A DNA stretch of 64,000 bases from Macrostomum lignano (Eukaryota), in assembly GCA_002269645.1 (NCBI GenBank), contig NIVC01001461.1, forward strand, positions 1 to 64,000, written 5' to 3'. The translations under genes were made by a program, and so were the position numbers. Each line of letters opens with the position of its first letter. Position 1 is the first letter of the stretch. Of this stretch, positions 29,801 through 42,733 are shown piece by piece. The notes under the pieces are model-generated. The model was not told where the DNA came from. It made no database searches and saw only the letters and a list, made by a program, of their open reading frames with translations.

Positions 29801-32800
29801 CCTCAGTTGCCGGGCCAGCCTCCCAGATCCTCAGTTGCTGGGCCAGCCTCCCAGATCCTCGGTTGCTGGGCCAGCCTTTCAGATCCTCAGTTGCCAGGCC
29901 GGCCTCCCAGATCCTCAGTTTCTGGGCCGGCCTCCCAGATCCTCAGTTGCCAGGCCGGCCTCCCAGATCCTCAGTTGCTGGGCCAGCCTCCCAGATCCTT
30001 AGTTTCTGAGCTTTTATAGCCAAAGCCAGGCACAACGAACACAATAATTCAAATTCAAACCCATATCTCTTTAGGGCAAGCGCAGCCTCATGGAATCGCT
30101 GCGCCAGTTTTACGAAGATCCCAGCTGCAATATCCTGCCGTCTCCATCCCGGATGCTGTTCCTCATGAACCTGGTAGAGCTGTCCGGCAATCTCACCGGC
30201 CTGATCTACTTTCTAGTTGAGATTTCGAATAGCATTTTAAAGTAAGTGTTGCGCCTTTGTGAGCTTTAGCGAGATTTTAAGTAGAATTTCTATGATTTTG
30301 ATTCTTTGAATTTCTTATGATCCTTAAGCATCATCCTTGAGCACTCCCAAATCATCGCCCTTGAGCACTCCCAAATCATCGCCATTGAGCACTACCAAAT
30401 CATCGCCATTGAGCACTCCCAAATCATCGCCATTGAGCACTCCCAAATCATCGCATTTGAGCACTCCCAAATCATCGCCACTGAGCACTCCCAAATCATC
30501 GCATTTGAGCACTCCCAAATCATCGCCACTGAGCACTCCCAAATCATCGCATTTGAGCACTCCCAAATCATCGCCATTGAGCACTCCCAAAACATCGCCC
30601 TTGAGCACTCCCAAAGCATCGCCCTTGAGCACTCCCAAAGCATCGCCCTTGAGCACTGCAAAAGCATCGCCCTTGAGCACTCCCAAAGCATCGCCCTTGA
30701 GCATTGCAATAGCATCGCCCTTGAGCACTCCCATAGCATCTCACTGCCCCGCCAATTGCAGAGTGGAAAACAAGATTTGCCCGGGCTCGGCAGCGGCAGC
30801 GGGCGCCGCAATGCCGGTCACCCCGGAGGAGCAGCAGCGCAACAATTTCCTGCGCATGTGGAGCAACAAAGTGGTGCTTCGGGTCCTCGGCTACCTCCGC
30901 CAGTACCAGGCGATCCTGATGACCATGCCGGCTGAAATGCGAGCCCTGTTCTCTAATTTGGTCCGAACTAATGTCAAGAAAGTTGGCAATCCTGAGCAGT
31001 GCTCATGTGCCGACCGTTGCACCCTGGCCTACCTGTTCGACCTGTACTCGCAGTCCATCTCAGTGAAGGCCGGCTTTCATAACATCTTCTCCCGGGCTAG
31101 GCCGAAACTCAAGCAGGCAATCTATAAGAAAATTGAGGCCTACGAAATTCCGCAGGCTAAATTTCCTCCAACTCTGATGAACCTGACCCACCCCAGCATT
31201 GAGGAGCTTCTGCTCAACGATGAGGAAGAACGGAAACGGGCCAACTCGTCTGAGGAGGAGAAGCGAACCAACTTCTTCTCTTATTATTTGTACAATGTGC
31301 TCATGTGCGACACGGATGAGAAGGTGATTCTTCTTGGCCTCTTGGGCGGTTCCGTAGGATCTTATGGGCGATTCTGTACAGGATCTTTAAATACATTCTG
31401 TACAGGATTTTTTGGGGGATTCTGTACAGAATTTTATGGGGGATTCTGTACAGAATTTTATGGAGAATTCTGTACAGGATTTTATGGGGGATTCTGTACA
31501 GGATCTGTAGTGAAATTCTGTACAGAATCTGTAGTGATATTCTGTACAGAATCTGTAGTGACATTCTGTACAGAATCTGTAGTGACATTCTGTACAGAAT
31601 CTGTAGTGACATTCTGTACAGAATCTGTAGTGACATTCTGTACAGAATCTGTAGTGACATTCTGTACAGAATCTGTAGTGACATTCTGTACAGAATCTGT
31701 AGTGACATTCTGTACAGAATCTGTAGTGACATTCTGTACAGAATCTGTAGTGACATTCTGTACAGAATCTGTAGTGACATTCTGTACAGAATCTGTAGTG
31801 ACATTCTGTACAGAATCTGTAGTGACATTCTGTACAGAATCTGTAGTGACTGTGTTTTAGTGACTGTAGTGTAGTGACTGTGAATTCTGTACAGGATTTT
31901 ATAGGGCCATTCTTTACAGTATCTTATTGGCGATTCTGTACAAATCTGATAGTGGCGATTCTGTACAGGATCTGATAGTGGCGATTCTGTACAGGATCTG
32001 ATAGTGGCGATTCTGTACAGGATCTGATAGTGGCGATTCTGTACAGGACTCTTCATGGTCATCATCGGCTTCAGGATCCATTCACTGCCTGTTGAATCCA
32101 CAAGCTATTCATTGTGTTTGAACTTCGCATCAAACCCGCCCAGGTCCTGAAGACCTGCGTGGAGGCCTGCGAGTGCACCACCTTCTGTGCTCAGCTGCCG
32201 CCTCGTTGGCTTTGGATTCTTCGGGCTCTGCTCAACTCAGCCTCAGGCAGCGCCAAATTCGAGCCGGTGCTGCCTCAGATGCTGCGCGATCTCGTCTGCA
32301 ACTGTCCGAATCTGGCCGAGAAGCTGTCCGTACTGTGCGGCCTGCTGCTGTCCAGGACCTGCTTCACCATCGCCGACTTTGTCACCAACGTGCTGTTTCC
32401 CGTGGTCAGCGATTACTTGAAGAATCAAAGCGCCGAGCCCTCCGCCAGGCTTGCCATCCACGTGTTCTACCTGATCGTGACGCTCAAGCTGCCGCTCAAG
32501 TCGTTAACGGACAAACTGCTGCTGCGTGGCGCCGTTGTGGATAAAATATCTTCCAATTCGCTCAGCTTCTTTCTGAAGGTAGGTTCATGCTGAGGCAGCT
32601 CCCCTGCGGTTCTTTACTGAGGCTTGTTTCCCCTTACCACTACTTGTCTTTATTGTTCGTAGCCATATCCGCCTCCTTTTAGAGTCAAATCCGCCCCTCT
32701 GACAGTAATATCCGCCTCCTTTTAGAGTCATATCCGCCCCTCTCTGACAGCCATATCCGCCCCTTCTGACAGCCATATCCGCCCTTCTGACAGCCATATC

Positions 32801-35800
32801 CGCCTCCTTTTAGAGTCAAATCCGCCCTTCTGACAGCCATATCCACCCTCTCTCTAGCAGCCACATCCGCCCTCTCCTAACAGCCACTTCCGCCCTCTTT
32901 AACAGCCATATCCGCCCTCTTTAACAGCCATATCCGCCCCCTCTAACAGCCATATCCGCCCCCTCTAACAGCCATAGCCGCCCCTCTAACAGCCATATCC
33001 GCCCTCTCTAACAGCCATATCCGCACCACTCTAACAGCCATATCCGCCCTCTCTAACAGCCATATCCGCCCTCTTTAACAGCCATATCCGCACCACTATA
33101 ACAGCCATATCCATCTCTAATTCTATAAACTTCGCCCTATCACCCATCGCCAACCCGGTCCCCGCCGCCACCCGTCCTGCTCCAGGTGCTGCTGCTCATC
33201 CCAGGTGATTCCTGGCTTGAATGCGTTCAACGCGAGGCCGCTCGCGAGTCGCCCGTCGACCTTCGCTCGTTGCGATTCGCCGATTTTGCCGCCCGAGTGT
33301 ACAAGGAGATCACCGACTCGGCCTGGATTAGGGAGAAATTCCTTCGCCAGCCGTTCACAGAGACTCTACTGAGCAAGGAGGCCCTGCTGGACTCCTTCAT
33401 CACGGACTCTCAGGCCCGCTTCATCCTGCACAGCATCGCCTACCGCTGCCCGACTCCGCAGCGAGCGGAGATGACCGGCTCGTCGGTTGCTTCGTTCTCC
33501 GACTTCTGGCGCCAGACTCAGAACTTTAGCCACCTGTTCAAAGGCCTGTCGCTCTGGTATCTCACCTGGAGCCTGCTTGAGGTTGAGCTGAGCCTGCTGA
33601 GGCTCATCTCCGGCCCAGGCGATTTGGACTCGACTCAGCGCCAATTTGCCAACTCACTGTGCGAGTTCTTCAGCCATCGGGTTGCCCCGGTGCTCAAGTC
33701 TGAGACTGCGGCCACGCCCACGCCCAGCGGCGGCAGCCAGGCCTACCAGCTCCAGCATCACCAGCAGCTTCATCAGCCGCCGCCGCCGCCCGGCTTGCCG
33801 CTAATTGAGCCGGTGGAGACTGATTGGCTCGTCAGCTTGCTAATCCGGAAGCTCAGCTCGCACAGTCTCGGCCCGAGTATTCGAGCTCAGATTGTGAAAT
33901 TCGCCGGCTCTCTGCTGGACTGCGGCGCCAGCTTCAGCAACGCCAAGGCCGATCACGAGCGCGAGGACATGCTGAGGCGGAGCTCAGTTCTGCTGGCCTA
34001 TCCGCCCTTCCTCTGCCTGCTGCAGGAGTCTCTGGCCGAGGAATCCGTCCGGCTGGACATCCTCAGCCCTGGCACTCAGTCCGGCCTGTTCCAGCAGATT
34101 AACAGGTACATTGAGCACGCTGAGAAGGCGCTGGACTCCGGTATTGAAGAGGATCTGCGGGTGCGCTGTCTGCTTGGGCAGGTGAGCTTCGGCAGCGTTA
34201 TTATATACGCGTACTCTGGCCGTATGATCTCACGTGTCTTCGGCCTCTGGCCGTATAATCCCATGTGTCTTTGTTCTATGGCCGCCGTATAATCCCATGT
34301 GTCTGTTCTATGGCCGTATAATCCCATGTGTCTGTTCTATGGCCGTATAATCCCATGTGTCTTTGTTCTATGGCCGTATGATCTCGTGTGTCTTTTTTCT
34401 CTGGCCGTATGATATAATGTGTCTTTGTTCTCTGGTCGTATTATCCCATGTGTCTTTGTTCTCTGGCCGTATTATCCCATGTGTATTTGTTCTCTGGCCG
34501 TATTATCCCACGTGTCTTTGTTCTCTGGCCGTATTATCCCATGTGTCTTTGTTCTCTGGCCGTATGATCCCATGTGTCTTTGTTCTCTGGCCGTATTATC
34601 CCATGTGTCTTTGTTCTCTGGCTGTATGATCCCATGTGTCTTTGTTCTCTGGCCGTATGATCATATGTGTCTTTGTTCTCTGGCCGTATTATCCCATGTG
34701 TCTTTGTGCTCTGGCCGTATGATCCCATGTGTCTTTGTTCTCTGGCCGTATGATCCCATGTGTCTTTGTTCTCTGGCCATATGATCCTATGTGTCTTTGT
34801 TCTCTGGTCGTATGATCCTATGTGTCTTTGTTCTCTGGCCGTATGATCCTATGTGTCTTTGTTCTCTGGCCGTATGATCCTATGTGTCTTTGTCCTCTGG
34901 CCATATGATCCTATGTGTCTTTGTTCTCTGGCCGTATGATCCTATGTGTCTTTGTTCTCTGGCCGTATGATCCTATGTGTCTTTGTTCTCTGGCCATATG
35001 ATCCTATGTGTCTTTGTTGGGGGCCGTAGCCCAGCGGTAGCGCAGCTGCTCTGGTGTGCCAGCAACCCAGGCTCGATTCCAAGTGCAGCCACATTAATTT
35101 GGGGCTGGATTGGAATCTTGGCTTGGCTCGCTTGTGCAATTAACGGCCTTGAGAGCCAACCCCCCCCAAGGCGCAGTGAAGTGTACATGCCTAACAATTG
35201 ATAAAGTTAGGGCCGCTGTACACTCCTGTGTGAGTGTGTGCCTGCGTACGTATCCGCGCGCTTGTATGCCTGCTCAGGGGAGTCGGCGGAATGGGCAGTA
35301 ATGCCTCTCGCCGGTTGTGTGCCAATGACGCTTATATTGCGCCAAGGTGCACACAACCCCCCTGCCTCTAAAAAAAATATAAAAAAAGATGTGTCTTTGT
35401 TCTCTGGTCGTATGATCCTATGTGTCTTTGTTCTCTGCTCATATGATCCCATGTGTCTTTGTCCTCTGACCGCATTGTCCCATGGCTCTGTCCTCTATTA
35501 TTCCATATCTTTATCCCCTGCTCATTATTGCATATGTCTTTATTCTCTGGCTGTATTATCCCATGTGTATTTTGTTCTCTGGATGTAGTATGCCATGTGT
35601 CTTTGTTCTCTGGCCGGATTATCCCATGTTTTTGTCCCCTGCTCATATTGTCCCATACATCCCTGTCATCTGTTCCAATTATATGATTTATATCTCGTGT
35701 CTGTCATTAGTCCTGCGTGTCCGGACTCCGATGCTTTGTACGCATGTCTCTAAACCCCATGTCTTTGTGTCTATATTTGCTTCGAGTAACACCTATGTCA

Positions 35801-38088
35801 CTAGTCTTTGTTCACATGTGCATAATGTCCGTCCTGTTTCCCCTTCGCTAACTACCAGGCTCTGCGTCTGCGCCTCTCTCTTGTCGGCTCCTTGTTCGGC
35901 GTCTTGCTGCAAAACACCAGCCTGTGCGCAGAGTGGTCCATGCTGCTAGCCAAGCTGGTCACCCACTCGGTGGTGGACATCGGCAGCAGTCGGGAGGACT
36001 TTCACCGCGTCATCGACATGCTGGTGTCGCTGCTGCACGCGGTGGCCACCGGGCCGCCCGGCTCCGACCCGGAGCGGCAGCCGACGCTGGACGATGAGAG
36101 AAAGAACCTGCTGGGTGTGGTGAAGAAGCTGCGCAAGGAGCTCAAAGACAGCGACCTGCTGCCGGCCCGCTCAGACCGCTGTTTGTCACGCCCAGGCTCA
36201 CCTTTGAGGTGCCCGTGTGCCGCATCGGTGAGTGAGGCCGGGAGATTGTATTCGCTCACACACTGACTGACAATGTCCTCTACTGACACACTGACCGGCA
36301 AGTACTCTTACTGACACATTAACTGACACATCATTGACAAATTAATTAATTAGTTGACGCACTCACTGACACATCAGCTGACCCACTCACTGACACATCA
36401 GCTGACCCACTCACTGACACATCAGCTGACCCACTCACTGACACATCAGCTAAACCACTCACTGACACATCAGCTGAACCACTCACTGACACATCAGCTG
36501 ACCCACCCACTGAACCATCAGCTGACCCACTCACTGACACTCACTGACCCATCAGTTGACCCACTCACTGACACATCAGCTGACCCACCCATTGACACAT
36601 CAGCTGACCCACTCACTGAACCACTCACTGACACATCAGCTGACCCACCCACTGAACAATCAACTGACCCACTCACTGACACTCACTGACCCATCAGTTG
36701 ACCCACTCACTGACACATCATGATGTCAGCTGACCCACTCACTGACACATCAGCTGACCCACCCATTGACACATCAGCTGACCCACTCACTGAACCACTC
36801 ACTGACACATCAGCTGACCCACCCACTGAATCATCAGCTGACCCACTCACTGACACTCACTGACCAATCAGTTGACCCACACATTGGCACATCAGCTGAC
36901 CCACTCACTGAAACATCAGCTGATCCACTCACTGACACATCAGCTGATATCAGCTGACCCACTCACTGACACATCAGCTGACCCACCCATTGACACATCA
37001 GCTGACCCACTCACTGACACATCAGCTGACTCACTGACACATCAGCTGACTCACTGACACATCAGCTGACTCACTGACACATCAGCTGACCCACTCACTG
37101 ACACATCAGCTGAACCACTCACTGAAACATCAGCTGAACCACTCACTGACACATCAGCTGACCCACCCACTGACACATCAGCTAAACCACTCAATGACAC
37201 ATCAGCTGAACCACTCACTGACACATCAGCTGACCCACCCACTGAACCATCAGCTGACCCACTCACTGACACTCACTGACCCATCAGTTGACCCACACAT
37301 TGGCACATCAGCTGACCCACTCACTGACACATCAGCTGACCCACTCACTGACACATTAACTGACACTCTGACACAAGCAGCAGGCTCAAATCTGCAGTTC
37401 TCCCTATCCAAATCAATTATCCGCAGCTCGCCGCCCAGCCAGCTGCATTCTGCACGGCCGCGAGCACATGAGCCCTCTTGAGCTCATCGAAGGCGTCAAG
37501 ACTTTCCAGCCACTGTCGCTGTCCTGGTACACCGCCATGCGCTACGACCTGCCGCCCAGCCGGCACGAGCTGGCGCACCTGGTGGCGCCCCTAACCCGCG
37601 CCGGCCCCGGCGCTAGGCCAGTCCGAGACGAGCGCTATTACCTGCGCAGTCCCGACCTGCCGGAGGAGGACCTAGTCCCGGATGAGCCCAAAAAGATGAA
37701 AATGTCCAATGGCTTACCAGCTGTGCCTCATCAGCAGATGCAGCATCCTCAGCATCCTATGCACAGCCAGCACCAACACCCGGGCCAGATTCCCTATCAC
37801 ATGATGACGCCTCAGCAGCAGCACCACCATCACCATCATCATATGCACCAGCAGCAGCTCCAGCATCAGCATGCTCATCAGCATGCTCAAATGCAGCACC
37901 AGCATACGCATCAGCCTCCGCATCCGCCTCATCAGCAGCAGCACCAGCCGCATCAGCCCCTGCATCAGCAGCTGCACCAGAATCCGCATCAGAATCTGCA
38001 CAGCCAGCATTCGCACCAGCCGCCGCCGCTGCCTCCGCCCGCTCCGCAAACCACCGGGCGGAAGTCGGTAAAGAAGAAGGCCTCGCTG

Positions 38089-38120
<32 letters not shown>

Positions 38121-38742
38121 GCAGCAACCGGCCTCTTCTACCAGCTATGCGATGCAGCAGCCAAGCCAGCAGCCGCCTCACGGCCACGGCTATCTTCATC
38201 ATCCGGCCGCCACTGCTCCCGGCTACGCTTTACAGCCGCCGCCGCCTCCGCCACCGCCGCCTCCAGCGCAGCCGGCCGCCTGGAACGGCTCCGGTGGCGG
38301 CGTCGGCTCGAGTTTCGGCCATCCCCAGCCGCATCATCAGCCGCAGATGCCTCATCACATGCAGCAACAGCAGCAGCAACCGCAGCAGCATCCAGCGGGA
38401 TTCCGCCAGCAGGCGCCGGTGCAGGCTCGTGGCCGCGGTGGCGGCAGCGGCAGTGCAGCCATGATGATGCCGGGCCCTGTCCAGCGAGCCCAGGCCCCCG
38501 CCACCAACGATGCCCTTCAGCGCTCCATGGTGGGTCGGCAGCACGCACAGCAGCAGCAGCAAGCCGCTCCCATGTACGCCCAGAGACCTTCAGCTGTATC
38601 GGTGGCTCCGCATCTGCAGCAGCAGCAGCCGCCACCCCCGCCCGCTTATTCTGCCTACAGCAACCAGCAGCAGCAGCAACAGCAGCAGCATGGCCAGATG
38701 TTTCCCTCGCATCCCAACAGCTACTATAATGCCCCGAGATGA
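23843..38742 (+). CDS. MED12: Mediator of RNA polymerase II transcription subunit 12
   Basis: Exons 23843-23971, 25378-25836, 26959-27636, 28355-28791, 29110-29515, 30075-30241, 30762-31323, 32144-32578, 33186-34181, 35859-36227, 37427-38742; all GT-AG. Recognised motifs: LGPPEVYPQMPNQDEDKLDQ|VNVREGF, LSAKVPLSVKKEDILKEVFKNRLPVHRAIWYLK, ALRLRLSLVGSLF...EWSMLL, MSPLELIEGVK...LSWY, RYYLRSPDLPEED, and a Gln/His/Pro-rich C-terminus. A one-base frame problem near 36155 is likely (see findings). Confidence 0.93.
24189..25318. repeat. 24-bp minisatellite (GCATCGCCCTTGAGCACTGCAAAA), ~47 copies, MED12 intron 1
   Basis: Read directly. Confidence 0.97.
25851..26935. repeat. 45-bp minisatellite, MED12 intron 2
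   Basis: Unit GCTGACCCAAGCAGACCTATTGACCTATTCAGTGTGTCAGTGATT. Confidence 0.95.
27735..28342. repeat. 23-bp minisatellite, MED12 intron 3
   Basis: Unit ATGAGATTTTGGGCTGCTGTAAT; the last copy runs into the acceptor pyrimidine tract. Confidence 0.95.
29556..30000. repeat. 28-bp minisatellite, MED12 intron 5
   Basis: Unit CCTCCCAGATCCTCAGTTGCTGGGCCAG. Confidence 0.95.
30325..30739. repeat. 24-bp minisatellite, MED12 intron 6 (same family as intron 1)
   Basis: Unit (A/G)CATCGCC(C/A)TTGAGCACTCCCAAA. Confidence 0.93.
31370..32047. repeat. ~24-bp minisatellite, MED12 intron 7
   Basis: Core unit TTCTGTACAGAATCTGTAGTGACA with degenerate flanking variants. Confidence 0.93.
32660..33112. repeat. ~22-bp minisatellite, MED12 intron 8
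   Basis: Unit AGCCATATCCGCCCTCTCTAAC. Confidence 0.9.
34214..35660. repeat. 31-bp minisatellite, MED12 intron 9, interrupted by a SINE
   Basis: Unit CTCTGGCCGTATGATCCCATGTGTCTTTGTT. Confidence 0.93.
35019..35388 (+). mobile_element. tRNA-headed SINE, full-length copy 2
   Basis: Near-identical to 2054-2413, with A-rich tail AAAAAAAATATAAAAAAAG. 13-bp TSD ATGTGTCTTTGTT (35006-35018, 35389-35401). Confidence 0.88.
36262..37372. repeat. 24-bp minisatellite, MED12 intron 10
   Basis: Unit CTGACACATCAGCTGACCCACTCA. Confidence 0.93.
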
Positions 38743-38910
38743 CAGAACAGTCAATATAGCTTCTGATTTTTTATAAATATCACTAATTGGATATCACAAT
38801 GAAAATCTGAAGTTTTTATAAAATGACTGGTTTAGGTTTCTTGGAACGTACAGGTTTTTCGTGTTCTGTTGAAAGTGGATGATTTTCTAAGAAATCATAG
38901 GCAGTTTTTC

Positions 38911-38916
38911 AATAAA
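38911..38916 (+). terminator. Candidate poly(A) signal for MED12
   Basis: AATAAA ~170 nt after the stop, with T-rich sequence downstream. Confidence 0.45.
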
Positions 38917-39084
38917 GCAATTTGTTTTTTATTCATTAGTTAAATTTCCTGGGATTTGAGTGGTTCGAGGTTTCTGTATTCTTAGAAATTAGCAGTGATT
39001 TCTTAGAAATCGACTGGCATACGAAATCCGATACAGTTTTTTATTAAGCGACGTGTGTTCTTATAGACAGCGGTTACGTTTCCT

Positions 39085-40290
39085 AGAAATTAAAGAGCTT
39101 GATGTTTCTTAGAAAGTATTTTTTCTTCATAGAAGTAGCTGTAGTTTCTTAGAAATCAGCTGGCGTATCTTCGAAATCGTACTTGTGGTTCTTATAGTCA
39201 GTAGTCAAATTTCTTAGAAATTAAAGAGCTTGAGGTTTCTTAGAAAGTATTTTGTCTTCATAGAAAGTAGCTGTAGTTTCTTAGAAATCAACTGGCGTAT
39301 CTTCGAAATCGTACTTGTGGTTCTTATAGTCAGTAGTCAAATTTCTTAGAAATTAAAGAGCTTGAGGTTTCTTAGAAAGTATTTTGTCTTCATAGAAAGT
39401 AGCTGTAGTTTCTTAGAAATCAACTGGCGTATCTTCGAAATCGTACTTGTGGTTCTTATAGTCAGTAGTCAAATTTCTTAGAAATTAAAGAGCTTGAGGT
39501 TTCTTAGAAAGTATTTTGTCTTCATAGAAAGTAGCTGTAGTTTCTTAGAAATCAACTGGCGTATCTTCGAAATCGTACTTGTGGTTCTTATAGTCAGTAG
39601 TCAAATTTCTTAGAAATTAAAGAGCTTGAGGTTTCTTAGAAAGTATTTTGTCTTCATAGAAAGTAGCTGTAGTTTCTTAGAAATCAACTGGCGTATCTTC
39701 GAAATCGTACTTGTGGTTCTTATAGTCAGTAGTCAAATTTCTTAGAAATTAAAGAGCTTGAGGTTTCTTAGAAAGTATTTTGTCTTCATAGAAAGTAGCT
39801 GTAGTTTCTTAGAAATCAACTGGCGTATCTTCGAAATCGTACTTGTGGTTCTTATAGTCAGTAGTCAAATTTCTTAGAAATTAAAGAGCTTGAGGTTTCT
39901 TAGAAAGTATTTTGTCTTCATAGAAAGTAGCTGTAGTTTCTTAGAAATCAACTGGCGTATCTTCGAAATCGTACTTGTGGTTCTTATAGTCAGTAGTCAA
40001 ATTTCTTAGAAATTAAAGAGCTTGAGGTTTCTTAGAAAGTATTTTGTCTTCATAGAAAGTAGCTGTAGTTTCTTAGAAATCAACTGGCGTATCTTCGAAA
40101 TCGTACTTGTGGTTCTTATAGTCAGTAGTCAAATTTCTTAGAAATTAAAGAGCTTGAGGTTTCTTAGAAAGTATTTTGTCTTCATAGAAAGTAGCTGTAG
40201 TTTCTTAGAAATCAACTGGCGTATCTTCGAAATCGTACTTGTGGTTCTTATAGTCAGTAGTCAAATTTCTTAGAAAGTAAATGGCTTGGG
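39085..40290. repeat. 132-bp satellite built from TTTCTTAGAAA-containing subrepeats
   Basis: Period measured at 39241 / 39373 / 39505; ~9 copies between MED12 and PRIM1. Confidence 0.93.
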
Positions 40291-40743
40291 GTTTCTTAGA
40301 AAGTATTTGGCGTTCTTAATCTACTCGTACGTTTCTTAAAAGTGACAAGTTTTTTCATCAAAAGACTGGACTTCTAGAAATATTCACTTTAAAAGTTGTT
40401 TGTGTTAAAATTAATAGTATTTTACATTGTGTAATTATTCGTTTTTTTATTTCGTTTATAAATCATTTCTCCTGATGAAAAAAGTAAAACTCGCTGCCTG
40501 TTGCACGTCTGTGCTGCAATTGATAATTTCTTAAAACATTGCTGCATGCTATTAATTGTGCTAATTATTATAAACCGTTTGTTAACTAGTAAGTGTATTT
40601 TAATTGAATTGTCTTTATGTTCATCGTTTATAACTATTGCTCATTTTGAATTGGCAAGTAAATATTGACTACATTTTATAATTGTAATTTATTTCAAAAA
40701 TAAAATTGTTCAGTCAATATTATTCATTATTATTTATTATTTC

Positions 40744-40957
40744 CGTGTGATGGGGATATTTCCAGTGTGATGGGGATATTTTCAGTGTGATGGGGATATT
40801 TCCAGTGTGGTGGGGATATTTCCAGTGTGATGGGGATATTTCCAGTGTGGTGGGGATATTTCCAGTGTGATGGGGATATTTCCAGTGTGATGGGGATATT
40901 TCCAGTGTGATGGGGATATTTCCAGTGTGATGGGGATATTTCCAGTGTGATGGGGAT
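40744..40957. repeat. 20-bp minisatellite (GTGTGATGGGGATATTTCCA) upstream of PRIM1
   Basis: Read directly. Confidence 0.93.
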
Positions 40958-41056
40958 AGTTGTGGTGGATGGTTGTGGTGATCGAGATGGAAATTAAATG
41001 GGATGATGGGATAAAGTTTGCTTGATTTTGCTTTCCTACTTCAGCAGCCTTTGACC

Positions 41057-42733
41057 ATGTGCGCGGAGCTGCTACCGGAGGAGCTGGCAACCTACTACAA
41101 GCGGCTGTACCCCACCCACCTGATGGTGCAGTGGCTGTCCTACAGATCCCCAGCCTACTTTGCCAACAGGGAATTCTCCATGACCCTGCACGATGATATC
41201 TACCTGAGATTTCTCAGCTACAATTACGAGTCCGAGTTTCGCGGAGCCCTGCTGGACCGTCGGCCCGAGAAGATTGACATCGGCGCCGTGTACAGCTGCC
41301 GGCCGCGGGACAGAGCGACTGTCAGCGGCGGGGCCTTCCAGGCTAAGGAGAAAGAGCTGGTGATCGATATTGACCTCACCGACTATGACGGAGTTCGGCT
41401 GTGCTGCTCAGATGCTCGCGTGTGCTCAAAGTGCTGGCTGTTCATGCGGATCGCTGTGCAGGTATGGCTCTGCTGCTTCAGGGTTGAGTTTGGGTGCTTC
41501 AGGGCTGACTTTGCGTGCTTCAGGGCTGGTTTATCGTGCTTCAGGGCTGGCTTTGGGTGCTTCAGGGCTGGCTTTGGGTGCTTCAGGGCTGGCTTTGATT
41601 GCTTCAGGGCTAGCTTTTGGTGCTTCAGGGCCGATTTATGATGCTTCAGGGCTCGTTTATGGTGCTTCAGGGCCCGCTCGTTTATAGTGCTTCAGGGCTG
41701 GCTTTGGGGTGCTTCAGGGCTGGCTTTGGTGTGCTTCAGGGCTTGCTCCGGTTCTTTGCCTGGCATTGGGTGTTCTCGGATCCCAAGGCTAGTTTGAGAT
41801 TCCCTTCTTGGCTGGTGTTGGGCCTCAGGCCTGGCACAAGACTGGAGCAGGTGTGGGCAACTAATATAAAGCCGATTTCCGCACCGCCAGGTCCTGGACC
41901 GGGCCCTGCGCTGCGACTTCGGGTTCCGCCACCTGCTGTGGGTTTACTCCGGCCGTCGCGGCATTCACTGTTGGATTTGCGACCGCACCGCCCGGCAACT
42001 GTCAGCCAATGCTCGCACCGCCGTGATCGAGTACCTGTCCCTGGTGCGCCGGCCCGGAGACAAGCAGCCCCAGCAGGGCCAGCAGCAGCCGCCGAAGTGC
42101 CATCCCAGTGTCGCCGCGGCAGCCGACGCTATTCGTCGCCAATTCGACGATCTGGTCCGTCAGCAGGATCTGTTCGGCACCAAGGATCGAACCCGCGCCC
42201 TGTTGGCGCAGCTGCCCGAGGATCTCCGCTCGGTGGCGGACACCGCCGTGGCCTCCTGGCTGGCCGATCCCGACGCCTATCCGTCCTTGAAGCGCTGGAA
42301 GACGATCAGCAAGTTCGCCGTGAGCCGAGGCCGGCAGGATGTGGAGCAGCAGCTGCTGATCCAGTACGCCTACCCCAGGCTGGACGTGGGCGTCAGCACC
42401 GGCGTCAATCACCTGTTGAAGGCGCCGTTCTGCGTCCACCCCAAGACTGGCCGAATCTGCGTGCCGTTCGATCCGGCGGCTGTTGACAGCTTCGAGCCAG
42501 ACTCGGTGCCCACCCTGGCCCAGCTGCTTGCCGAGCTCAGTTCCGCCTCTGCTCAGCAGCAGCAACAGAAGCCGCATCTCATGGCTTACAAGTCCACTTC
42601 TTTGAAGGCTTCCATTGAATTGTTTGCCAAGTTTGTTGACAGCCTACGCGCTGACGAAGCTCAGGCTGCCGACGGCGCTGCTGCTGCTGGGGCCGCGCTG
42701 CGGGATGCCAGCAATGGGGGCGAGATTCTGTAG
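41057..42733 (+). CDS. PRIM1: DNA primase small (catalytic) subunit
   Basis: Exons 41057-41461 and 41891-42733 (phase 0). Motifs YYKRLYP, REFSMTL..DIYLRFLSY, PEKIDIGAVY, KELVIDIDLTDYD, DFGFRHLLWVYSGRRGIHCW, YPRLDVGVSTGVNHLLKAPFCVHPKTGRICVP. Confidence 0.97.
41474..41740. repeat. 21-bp minisatellite, PRIM1 intron
   Basis: Unit GTGCTTCAGGGCTGGCTTTGG. Confidence 0.9.

Noticed and set aside
35019-35095. Possible tRNA gene
   Set aside because: No proper cloverleaf acceptor stem; it continues into a SINE body with A-tail and TSD and has a second dispersed copy.
37714-38776. Overlapping antisense and alternate-frame ORFs in the last MED12 exon
   Set aside because: By-products of CAG/CAT-rich, GC-rich coding sequence.
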